From positions 80,995 to 144,994 of the forward strand of contig JAZROD010000044.1 in assembly GCA_045648505.1 (NCBI GenBank): a stretch of DNA of 64,000 nucleotides, in the 5' to 3' direction. How positions within the stretch are numbered: position 1 is the first letter of the stretch; every line of letters starts with the position of its first letter. This document shows positions 29,984-37,772 of the stretch, piece by piece. Made by a program: the position numbers and the translations under genes. The notes beneath the pieces were generated by a model. The model ran no database searches. It saw nothing but the letters and a program-made list of their open reading frames with translations, and was not told where the DNA came from. The stretch is from Clostridia bacterium. GTDB lineage: Bacteria > Bacillota > Clostridia > RGIG6154.

Positions 29984-30880
29984 TTAATCATTATCCCCAT
30001 AATATTGTTTATAATGTTCTTTTGTAGCTATAGCATTTATTTTGTGTTGTATTATAATTGCAGGTATAAAAATCCCTAAAAAGATCGAAAGTATAAGTAC
30101 CAGTGCTTTAATATCAGACTGTACTTTCTTTTGGAATGCCAATGTTTCTGTTAATTCCGCTGTTTTATACATCCAATATATGCTATAAAAAGGTACAAAC
30201 CAACACAATAACATTTTTTTAATAGGTGTTCTGTACTCTTTTCCAGTTATATTTAAAAAATATGTAGTTTTGTAAATCCACACACTATAATATATAAAAC
30301 CGAATAACAACCAAAGAATAACAAAGCTAACAAGACTTCTTGAACCACTTTTTATATTCTCCGGTCTGTCAGTGCGTTTAAAATCATTAACCAATGCTAA
30401 AACTGCAGAAATTATTCCGTTTACAATAGTAACAATTGCATCAATTATCACTGGTATAGAAAACACAAATGCAACTATGGCCAATACACAAGATAAAACC
30501 AATGCAACTATTGACAAATTGCTAATCTGATATACGGGCACTAACATATACTGAACTACCGCAATCACACCGCACACAAGACCTAACAAAGGAACCGCGT
30601 TATTATTTCTTTTCCATATTCCAAACACAATTGCTACAATCCCCACAAAGAAAAACAAAACCGGTGTTAAAATTATTTCATTTATATCTGTCATATTTAC
30701 AGTTCTGAAAATGCTCATAACTTGTGAATTTTTTGCCGGAAACCATACATACTGTGCTATAGAAACAGTTTTTCCATTTGCCATTTGCCAAAAAGGCAAA
30801 AACTGAAGAATTATAAGCGCTAAAACCAACCCTGCACAACTTACACTTCCTACCCACATACATTTTTTTAATTTGTTCAT
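29984..30880 (-). CDS. hypothetical polytopic membrane protein with C-terminal DUF4234-like YW repeats
   Basis: GGAGGG RBS before MNKLKK; about 7 TM helices. C-terminal duplicated motif FGFIYYSVWIYKTTYF / FVPFYSIYWMYKTAEL. Confidence 0.5.
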   Translation of the reverse strand: MNKLKKCMWVGSVSCAGLVLALIILQFLPFWQMANGKTVSIAQYVWFPAKNSQVMSIFRTVNMTDINEIILTPVLFFFVGIVAIVFGIWKRNNNAVPLLGLVCGVIAVVQYMLVPVYQISNLSIVALVLSCVLAIVAFVFSIPVIIDAIVTIVNGIISAVLALVNDFKRTDRPENIKSGSRSLVSFVILWLLFGFIYYSVWIYKTTYFLNITGKEYRTPIKKMLLCWFVPFYSIYWMYKTAELTETLAFQKKVQSDIKALVLILSIFLGIFIPAIIIQHKINAIATKEHYKQYYGDND

Positions 30881-30993
30881 AATTACCCTCCGTCTGCGTA
30901 TTACTTTTGTATTACATTCACACATCTTATTGTATCATATAAAACCATTTTATGTCAAGATATAATTTATTACATAATGGAAGGTGTGATAAT

Positions 30994-31176
30994 ATGTTAA
31001 ATGAACCATTAAAAATTAAAAAACGCGGAGAAGATGGAACTAAAATCATTTCTTTAAGAATACGAGAAGACACTCTTGCAGAACTAGATAGACTTTCTAA
31101 CGAATGTAATTATTCACGAAATGAACTTATAAATCTCATAATTAACCACGGAATTAAAAACATTATTATAGAATAA
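30994..31176 (+). CDS. ribbon-helix-helix (CopG/Arc/MetJ-like) DNA-binding protein
   Basis: GGAAGGTG RBS. Encodes MLNEPLKIKKRGEDGTKIISLRIREDTLAELDRLSNECNYSRNELINLIINHG (beta-strand, helix, helix pattern). Divergent from the two membrane genes. Confidence 0.55.
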   Translation: MLNEPLKIKKRGEDGTKIISLRIREDTLAELDRLSNECNYSRNELINLIINHGIKNIIIE

Positions 31177-31215
31177 TTACACAAAGGGCAGTGTTTAAGG
31201 CTGTCCTTTTTTTAC

Positions 31216-31497
31216 TTGCATTTCATATTTATATATGATAAAATATTGTATTATTCAGGAGACGGAATTTATCTAAGTGAACTGCCCTTAGGGCATGAAT
31301 TGAAATCAGTGATTTCATGAATTGGTTTCACCATGAATTGAGGTCTGCGACCTCATGAATGAATAAAAATCGCAAAGCGATTTTATCCTTAATGCAAACT
31401 TGTTTGCAATTCATGTTGCGAATAGCATCAATTTATTGAGCAAAAGCGAAAATTCATAACAACGGAGTTGTTAATTCATTTTATGAAAGGAGTACAT
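31216..31497 (+). repeat. hairpin-array element family 1, copy 2 (promoter plus repeat, directly abutting the yggS RBS)
   Basis: TTGCAT-17-TGaTAAAAT at 31216-31244. Body about 96% identical to copy 1 (about 8 mismatches in about 225 nt). Ends ...AATTCATAACAACGGAGTTGTTAATTCATTTTATGAAAGGAG, then TTG of yggS. Confidence 0.7.
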
Positions 31498-31500
31498 AGT

Positions 31501-32142
31501 TTGAGTATAAAAAGTAATCTTGAAAAGATAAAAAGCACTTTAAACAACGATACTACACTTGTTTGCGTAAGTAAGTATCACACCGAAGAGGAAATTATGG
31601 AGGCTTACAATGAGGGCGTTCGTGATTTTGGTGAAAACAAGGTGCAGGATATGGTTAAAAAGGCGGAAAATCTGCCAAAGGATATAAGATGGCATCTTAT
31701 CGGACACTTGCAGACAAACAAGGTTAAATATATTGTGGGCAAAACCCATCTTGTGCAGTCGGTTGACAGAATTGAACTTGCAGAAGAGCTTAACAAAAGA
31801 TTTGAAAAAGAAAATCTGGTTTGCGACTGTTTAATACAGATAAATTCAACGGGCATTGATTCAAGATTCGGTTGCACACCTGAAACTGCAACAGAATTTG
31901 CAGAAAAATTAAGAGAATTCAAAAGCCTTAATGTTAAGGGAATTATGGGTATGGCTCCAATCTGCGATGACCCTACCGAAAACTTTAAGCTTTTAAAAGA
32001 TATTTATGAAAATTTAAAAGAAAAAGGTATGCTAAACGGTAACATACTCTCTATGGGTATGAGTGATGACTACGAATTTGCACTTAAGTGCGGAAGTAAT
32101 ATGGTAAGAATAGGAAGTAAAATATTCAAGGATGCTGAATAA
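31501..32142 (+). CDS. yggS: YggS-family pyridoxal-phosphate-binding protein (PLP homeostasis; YlmE-like)
   Basis: LSIKSNLEKIK...VCVSKYHTEEEI...GENKVQ...HLIGHLQTNK is the COG0325 signature. TTG start with AAAGGAG RBS preferred; ATG at 31483 is possible. Confidence 0.75.
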   Translation: MSIKSNLEKIKSTLNNDTTLVCVSKYHTEEEIMEAYNEGVRDFGENKVQDMVKKAENLPKDIRWHLIGHLQTNKVKYIVGKTHLVQSVDRIELAEELNKRFEKENLVCDCLIQINSTGIDSRFGCTPETATEFAEKLREFKSLNVKGIMGMAPICDDPTENFKLLKDIYENLKEKGMLNGNILSMGMSDDYEFALKCGSNMVRIGSKIFKDAE

Positions 32143-32250
32143 AATTATTCAGATTGTGCTGATTTGCGACTGTCGTGTACTTTGTGTACATAAAGGAGCA
32201 AAACAGTGCAAGGTGGGCAATTTTATACCAGCATATAAGGAGGAAGAATA

Positions 32251-33456
32251 ATGAAATATATAGTATTTTTAGGGGACGGTATGGCAGACTATAAAGTAGA
32301 CGAGCTTGGCGGTAAAACTCCCCTTGATGTGGCAAATAAACCAAACATTGATGAAATCGCATCAAAATCAGTTGCAGGTATTGTTACAACAGTTCCCGAA
32401 GGTTTAAAACCGGGAAGCGATGTTGCAAACCTTTCTGCAATGGGTTATGACCCGAACAAATATTACACAGGCAGATCACCACTTGAAGCAGTTTCTGTTG
32501 GTGTGCCTTTAAATGACGATGATATTACATTCAGAGTTAATCTTGTAACTCTTTCAGATGAAGAAAATTATGAAGATAAAACAATGATTGATTACAGCTC
32601 TGATGAAATCACAACACCTGAAGCACACCAGCTTATCAAAGCTATTGCAGAAAACCTTGACAATGAAGAATATCAGTTCTTCCCCGGTTTTTCATACAGA
32701 CACGTTTTAGTAAGAAGAAAGGGCAAGCTTACATATCAGCTTACTCCACCTCACAGTATTTCAGGCAGAAAGGTTACAGACTACCTTCCAAAGGGCGAAA
32801 ATTCAGACATTATTTTAGACTTTATGAAAAAGAGTGTTGAAATTTTAAAAGACCATCCTGTTAACCTTGACAGAATTAAAAGAGGCTTAAGACCTGCCAC
32901 ATCTATCTGGGTATGGGGCGAAGGCTCAAAAGCAGTTCTTCCAACCTTTGAAAGTATGAGAGGTATTAAAGGCGGTGTTGTTTCTGCAGTTGACCTTATT
33001 AAAGGCATTGCCATAAGCGCAAAGCTTGAAAGCGTTGATGTTGAAGGTGCAACCGGCAACATTCACACAAACTTTGAAGGCAAAGCTCAGGCATCAATTG
33101 ACCTTTTAAAGAGAAATGATTTTGTTTACATTCACGTTGAAGCTGCAGACGAATGCGGACACAGAGGCGAAATTGAAAACAAGGTTAAATCAATTGAACT
33201 TATCGATGAAAAAATCGTAAAACCTGTTATGGATTACATAAAGAGCACAGGCGAAGACTACAAGGTTTTAATTATGCCTGACCATCCTACACCTCTTGCA
33301 CTTAAAGACCACGTTATGGACCCTGTTCCTTTTGTTATGTTTGACAGCAGAAAAGAAGAAAAGGGCGTTGAAAAGTACAACGAGGACAACTGCAAGGCTA
33401 CAGGTCTTCACATAACAGAGGGATATAAATTAATGGAAAAATTTATCGAGGAGTAA
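32251..33456 (+). CDS. apgM: cofactor-independent phosphoglycerate mutase, archaeal type (ApgM family)
   Basis: MKYIVFLGDGMADY...VANLSAMGYDP...RHVLV...IHVEAADECGHRG...LIMPDHPTP. Confidence 0.75.
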   Translation: MKYIVFLGDGMADYKVDELGGKTPLDVANKPNIDEIASKSVAGIVTTVPEGLKPGSDVANLSAMGYDPNKYYTGRSPLEAVSVGVPLNDDDITFRVNLVTLSDEENYEDKTMIDYSSDEITTPEAHQLIKAIAENLDNEEYQFFPGFSYRHVLVRRKGKLTYQLTPPHSISGRKVTDYLPKGENSDIILDFMKKSVEILKDHPVNLDRIKRGLRPATSIWVWGEGSKAVLPTFESMRGIKGGVVSAVDLIKGIAISAKLESVDVEGATGNIHTNFEGKAQASIDLLKRNDFVYIHVEAADECGHRGEIENKVKSIELIDEKIVKPVMDYIKSTGEDYKVLIMPDHPTPLALKDHVMDPVPFVMFDSRKEEKGVEKYNEDNCKATGLHITEGYKLMEKFIEE

Positions 33457-33460
33457 TATT

Positions 33461-34555
33461 ATGACAAAAATTGATATTTTTTCAGGCTTTTTAGGTGCAG
33501 GAAAAACTACACTTATCAAAAAACTTATTAACGATTCATTCAAAGGCGAAAAGCTTGTTTTGATTGAAAACGAATTTGGCGAAATCGGTATTGACGGTGG
33601 ATTTTTAAAAGAAGCAGGTATTGAAATAACTGAAATGAATTCAGGTTGTATCTGTTGCTCACTTGTGGGTGATTTCAGTAAAGCTCTTGCTGAAGTTCTT
33701 GAAAAATTCACACCTGACAGAATTTTAATCGAACCATCAGGGGTTGGAAAATTAAGTGATGTTAAAAAGGCAGTTGAAGGTATTGAAGGTGCAAAAATCA
33801 ACAGTGCAACTGCAGTTGTTGACGCCACAAAGTGCAAAATGTATATGAAAAACTTCGGCGAATTTTTCAATGACCAGATTGAAAATGCATCAACCATTAT
33901 TTTAAGCCACGCAGACAAAGCATCAGAAGAAAAAATTAAAGAATGTATTCATCTTATAAAAGAACATAATGAAAAAGCCGTTCTTGTTACAACTCCTTTT
34001 ATGGAGCTTGACGGCAAGGTGCTTAAAGATGCTATTGAAAACACATCAACTCTTGAAAAAGAAATGGAAGAACTTGAGCATCATCACCACCATCACGGTC
34101 ACGATTGCCATTGTCACGAGCATGAACACGAGCATCATCACCACCATGATGAAGAATGTACTTGTGGTTGCCATGAACACGAACATCACCACCACGATGA
34201 ATGCGATTGTGGTTGTCATGAACATCATCACGAACACGGTGAAGAATGCTCCTGCGGATGTGGCGGACATCATCACCACCACGCTGATGAAGTTTTCACA
34301 AGCGTTGGTATTGAAACTGCAAAGAAATTCACTAAAGAAGAAATGGAAAGTATTCTCGAAAAACTTTCAAAAGAATCTGAATACGGACTTGTGCTTCGTG
34401 CAAAGGGTATTGTTGCCGGTGAAGAAGATTGGATTCACTTTGACTATGTTCCCGGCGAAGCAGATGTTCGATTCGGCTCAAAAGATGTAATCGGCAGAAT
34501 TTGTGTTATCGGTTCTGAAATTAACAAAGAAAAAATTCAAAAATTATTTGACTGA
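33461..34555 (+). CDS. COG0523 (CobW/ZigA-type) G3E GTPase metallochaperone with long His/Cys-rich insertion
   Basis: Walker A GFLGAGKTTLI, CxCC motif GCICCS, and a 75-aa insert HHHHHHGHDCHCHEHEHEHHHHHDEECTCGCHEHEHHHHDECDCGCHEHHHEHGEECSCGCGGHHHHH. Confidence 0.8.
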   Translation: MTKIDIFSGFLGAGKTTLIKKLINDSFKGEKLVLIENEFGEIGIDGGFLKEAGIEITEMNSGCICCSLVGDFSKALAEVLEKFTPDRILIEPSGVGKLSDVKKAVEGIEGAKINSATAVVDATKCKMYMKNFGEFFNDQIENASTIILSHADKASEEKIKECIHLIKEHNEKAVLVTTPFMELDGKVLKDAIENTSTLEKEMEELEHHHHHHGHDCHCHEHEHEHHHHHDEECTCGCHEHEHHHHDECDCGCHEHHHEHGEECSCGCGGHHHHHADEVFTSVGIETAKKFTKEEMESILEKLSKESEYGLVLRAKGIVAGEEDWIHFDYVPGEADVRFGSKDVIGRICVIGSEINKEKIQKLFD

Positions 34556-34566
34556 GGATTGATTAT

Positions 34567-35520
34567 ATGTTTAAACCAAAAGAAATTCCCGTTTACCTTT
34601 TCACAGGCTTTTTAGAATCAGGTAAAACTTCAGGTATTCAGGGAACTCTTCAGGACGAAAGATTTTACGAGGGCAACGAAAAAACTCTTCTCCTTGTTTG
34701 TGAAGAGGGTGAAAAAGAATTTGACCTTAAAAAAATCCCAAGTGCCTATATGAGTATTGAATATATTGAAAACAAAGAAGACTTAACTGCAAAATATCTT
34801 ACGGGTCTTGAAAAGAAATATAAAATAGACAGAGTTGTTATTGAATACAACGGTATGTGGAATATTGATGATTTATACAACAACCTTCCAAACAACTGGT
34901 TTGTTTATCAGGAAATGATGTTTGCAGACTGCACAACCTTCCTTGTTTACAATCAGAATATGAGAAGTCTTATGTATGACAAAATCAAAGGCTGTCAGAT
35001 GCTTGTTTTCAACAGACCTGAAAATGCAGATAAAGAGCAGTTCCACAAGATTGTCCGAGGTATTTCAAGAAACTGTATTATTGCTTATGAATATGCAGAT
35101 GAGCATCTTGAATATGACGAAATTGAAGACCCATTGCCATTTGACATTAATGCAGATGTGATTGAAATTGCAGACAGAGATTATGCACTCTGGTACCGAG
35201 ATTTTTCAGAGGATATGTCTAAATATTCAGGCAAGAAAATCAAATTCAAAGGAATAACAGGACTAAACAGAAAATTCCCTGAAAATACAATTTTAATCGG
35301 CAGACACGTTATGACCTGCTGTGTTGATGATATTGAATTTAAAGGACTTTTATGTGTTCTTCCTGAAGAACACGACGAAATCAAAAATCGTGACTGGGCA
35401 ACGGTTACGGGATGTATAAACATTCAGTATCACCCACTCTACACTCAGGAAGGTCCAATTCTTTTTGCAGAAGAAATAGAAAAATCCCTTCCACCTGAAG
35501 AAGAGATTGCAACATTTTAA
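34567..35520 (+). CDS. divergent COG0523-like paralog lacking the CxCC motif
   Basis: N-terminus parallels the upstream gene (IPVYLFTGFLESGKTSGI, LLLVCEEGEKEF) but has no GCxCC; C-terminus has MTCCVDD. Confidence 0.45.
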   Translation: MFKPKEIPVYLFTGFLESGKTSGIQGTLQDERFYEGNEKTLLLVCEEGEKEFDLKKIPSAYMSIEYIENKEDLTAKYLTGLEKKYKIDRVVIEYNGMWNIDDLYNNLPNNWFVYQEMMFADCTTFLVYNQNMRSLMYDKIKGCQMLVFNRPENADKEQFHKIVRGISRNCIIAYEYADEHLEYDEIEDPLPFDINADVIEIADRDYALWYRDFSEDMSKYSGKKIKFKGITGLNRKFPENTILIGRHVMTCCVDDIEFKGLLCVLPEEHDEIKNRDWATVTGCINIQYHPLYTQEGPILFAEEIEKSLPPEEEIATF

Positions 35521-35556
35521 AAGAAACGGTTGAGAATTTTCTCAACCGTTTTTTGT
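35521..35556. terminator. bidirectional intrinsic terminator
   Basis: AACGGTTGAGAattttCTCAACCGTT-ttttt. Confidence 0.6.
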
Positions 35557-36933
35557 TATATTGGAAATCCACACTTCTTTTTTGACAAGTATTGCTCCAA
35601 CAATACATTTTACAATTTCCATTGAGTGACATATAAAATAAACCGTAAAAATATTAAGCTCTGTAAATCTTGACAAACAGTATGCAACCGGTACTGCAAC
35701 ACCCCATGTATAACCCGAATCAAACAAAAATGTTATACCTGTTTTACCGCCTGAACGGATGGTAAAATATGTTGAGTGACACATTCCATACAAAGGCATA
35801 CATATTGCCGACATCAGAATAAACACTCTTGCAAGATTTTTCACTTCTTCTGTTGTGTTATAAGCTCTCGGGAAAACCGATGAAAGCAGTGCCATTATAA
35901 TGCCTATTGCCACGCAAAGAGCTGTGGAAAATGCAATAAGCTTTGGTGCACTTTCTTTTGCTTCTTCAAATTTTTCTGCCCCAAGCATCTGCCCAAGCAG
36001 AACTGCAATTCCCGAACCAAGTGCTATAAAGGTAACATTAAAAAGATTTACTACTGTTGTTGAAATGTTAAGTCCTGCCACAACATCAATTCCTCTTAAT
36101 GAATAACATTGTGTAAGCATAGCCATACCTGCTGCCCATAATGTTTCATTTAAAACAAGAGGAACAGTCCCTTTTAAAAGCATTCTTTTTGCAAGGGCAG
36201 ACGGTATCTTCATACTGCGGTAAAGTCCTTTGGGGAATATAAGTTTATTTCTGTTTATATGTGTCCATCCGATTACAATAAAAATCTGTATGTATCTTGA
36301 AATAACGGTTGCAATCGCCGCACCCACAACACCCATTTCAGGGAATAATCCCACACCGAAAATAAGCATCCAGTTTAAAAATGTGTTTGTTATAACCGCA
36401 ACAATACCCGCAATCATAGGCAGAGTTGTGTTTCCGCTTTCTCTCAATGTGCTTGAATACGCCTGCTCAAAAGCAAATGCAAGATTACCTATAAGCATTA
36501 CCCCCATATAGCTTTTGGCACTTTCAAAGGTTTTCGCAAGGTCTATCCCTTTTTCCGCATCGTGAAGGTATGAACTTATGAGTCCGTCTCCCAAAGTGAG
36601 AAACAAAACCGTACCTGCAATTGTTATTGTTATTGCGGAAATTATCTTAAAACGGAAAGAGTTTCTTACTCCTTCATTATCACCCCTGCCAAAAAACTGT
36701 GCACAAAATATTCCTGCACCTGAAACTGCACCAAATACAGCTAAATTAAACACTAAGAATATCTGATTTATTATGGCAACGCCGGACATCTGCTCTGTCC
36801 CTACCTGCCCCACCATAATATTATCTATCATAGCAACAAAGTTTGTTATTAAGTTTTGTATCAGTACAGGTATGGCAATCATCAATATTTTCTTATACAG
36901 TGATTTTGTACCTATCAAGCTTTTCACATTCAT
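35542..36933 (-). CDS. MATE-family efflux transporter
   Basis: 12-TM protein with N-terminal ILMIAIPVLIQNLITNFVAMIDNIMVGQVG. Start taken at MNVKSL. Confidence 0.8.
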   Translation of the reverse strand: MNVKSLIGTKSLYKKILMIAIPVLIQNLITNFVAMIDNIMVGQVGTEQMSGVAIINQIFLVFNLAVFGAVSGAGIFCAQFFGRGDNEGVRNSFRFKIISAITITIAGTVLFLTLGDGLISSYLHDAEKGIDLAKTFESAKSYMGVMLIGNLAFAFEQAYSSTLRESGNTTLPMIAGIVAVITNTFLNWMLIFGVGLFPEMGVVGAAIATVISRYIQIFIVIGWTHINRNKLIFPKGLYRSMKIPSALAKRMLLKGTVPLVLNETLWAAGMAMLTQCYSLRGIDVVAGLNISTTVVNLFNVTFIALGSGIAVLLGQMLGAEKFEEAKESAPKLIAFSTALCVAIGIIMALLSSVFPRAYNTTEEVKNLARVFILMSAICMPLYGMCHSTYFTIRSGGKTGITFLFDSGYTWGVAVPVAYCLSRFTELNIFTVYFICHSMEIVKCIVGAILVKKEVWISNITKNG

Positions 36934-36980
36934 ATTAACACCCTTAAAAAAGTTGTGCAACAAAAGTTGCACAACTTCAA

Positions 36981-37172
36981 TCAGTCTATTTTTTCAATTT
37001 TAATTCTTCCGTTATTATAATCAAATTCATTAACTGTTTTAAGGTATGCAGGGCCTTTATAAGTTAAGAAATATTTGCCAACATATTCAATTACGCCTTC
37101 TTCAACAGAGGCTCCGTTGCCTTTTACGATAACCTTATCGCCTTTTTGTAATTTAATATTAAATTCTGCCAT
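36981..37172 (-). CDS. small hypothetical protein (63 aa)
   Basis: AAAGGAG RBS before MAEFNIKLQKGDKVIVKGNGASVEEG...; terminator GTTGTGCAACttttGTTGCACAAC downstream. Confidence 0.35.
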   Translation of the reverse strand: MAEFNIKLQKGDKVIVKGNGASVEEGVIEYVGKYFLTYKGPAYLKTVNEFDYNNGRIKIEKID

Positions 37173-37237
37173 ATTGCATTTCTCCTTTTGTCTGAATTTA
37201 TTTGACAATAATATTTTAGCATAGTGTTTTTTTGTAG

Positions 37238-37744
37238 TCAAGACTCTAATGCATATAAAATTTCACTTATATACATTCTGTGAAGATTTCCGCCTTCATA
37301 TATTTTTTCGCCAAAGGGCATATCTGTGAAATTCTCCATTTCAATATCGTCTTTATAAAGTTTTCTGCAAACAAGCACATACTTTGCTTCATCAAAATAT
37401 GAAATGTCACCGTCATTTACCACAGTTAAACCCATTTTACCGATTTTATCTTCATCTCTTCCTGAAACCTTGCCAAGGTATGCAAGCTTTTCTCTGTATT
37501 CTTCATCAAAGAATGAAAGAGTGAAAAGGTCATTGTTTTCCACAAACTCATAAGTATATCTTGTTGGTCTTATAAAAGTAAATGTAACATTTTTGTTCCA
37601 GAGTTCACCAACTCCGCCCCAGCTTGCAGTCATTGTATTTACTTTATGGTCTTTACTTGCAGTTATAAGCATCCATTTTTTGCCTATAAGTTCAATAAAA
37701 TTTTCATTTATTTCTGTTGCATTGATTTTTGCGAATTCTTTCAT
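37238..37744 (-). CDS. flavin reductase-like (FMN-binding split-barrel) family protein
   Basis: 168 aa; MLITASKDHKVNTMTASWGG...FTFIRPTRYTYEF resembles the flavin reductase-like domain. Confidence 0.45.
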   Translation of the reverse strand: MKEFAKINATEINENFIELIGKKWMLITASKDHKVNTMTASWGGVGELWNKNVTFTFIRPTRYTYEFVENNDLFTLSFFDEEYREKLAYLGKVSGRDEDKIGKMGLTVVNDGDISYFDEAKYVLVCRKLYKDDIEMENFTDMPFGEKIYEGGNLHRMYISEILYALES

Positions 37745-37772
37745 TTAAACAACTCCTTTTCTTTAATATATG

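Noticed and set aside
28562-31497. CRISPR array, 6S RNA or T-box interpretation of the hairpin-array elements
   Set aside because: The constant units are only 7 nt (linkers) while the palindromes vary, and no cas genes are present. There is no long-range pairing of the two halves as in 6S RNA. No T-box or specifier-loop consensus is present.
33969-34490. Overlapping ORFs 33969..34490 (+) and 34046..34282 (-) inside the CobW-like gene
   Set aside because: Artefacts of the low-complexity His/Cys-codon repeat (cat/cac/gaa runs); the COG0523 frame is the only one with domain support.
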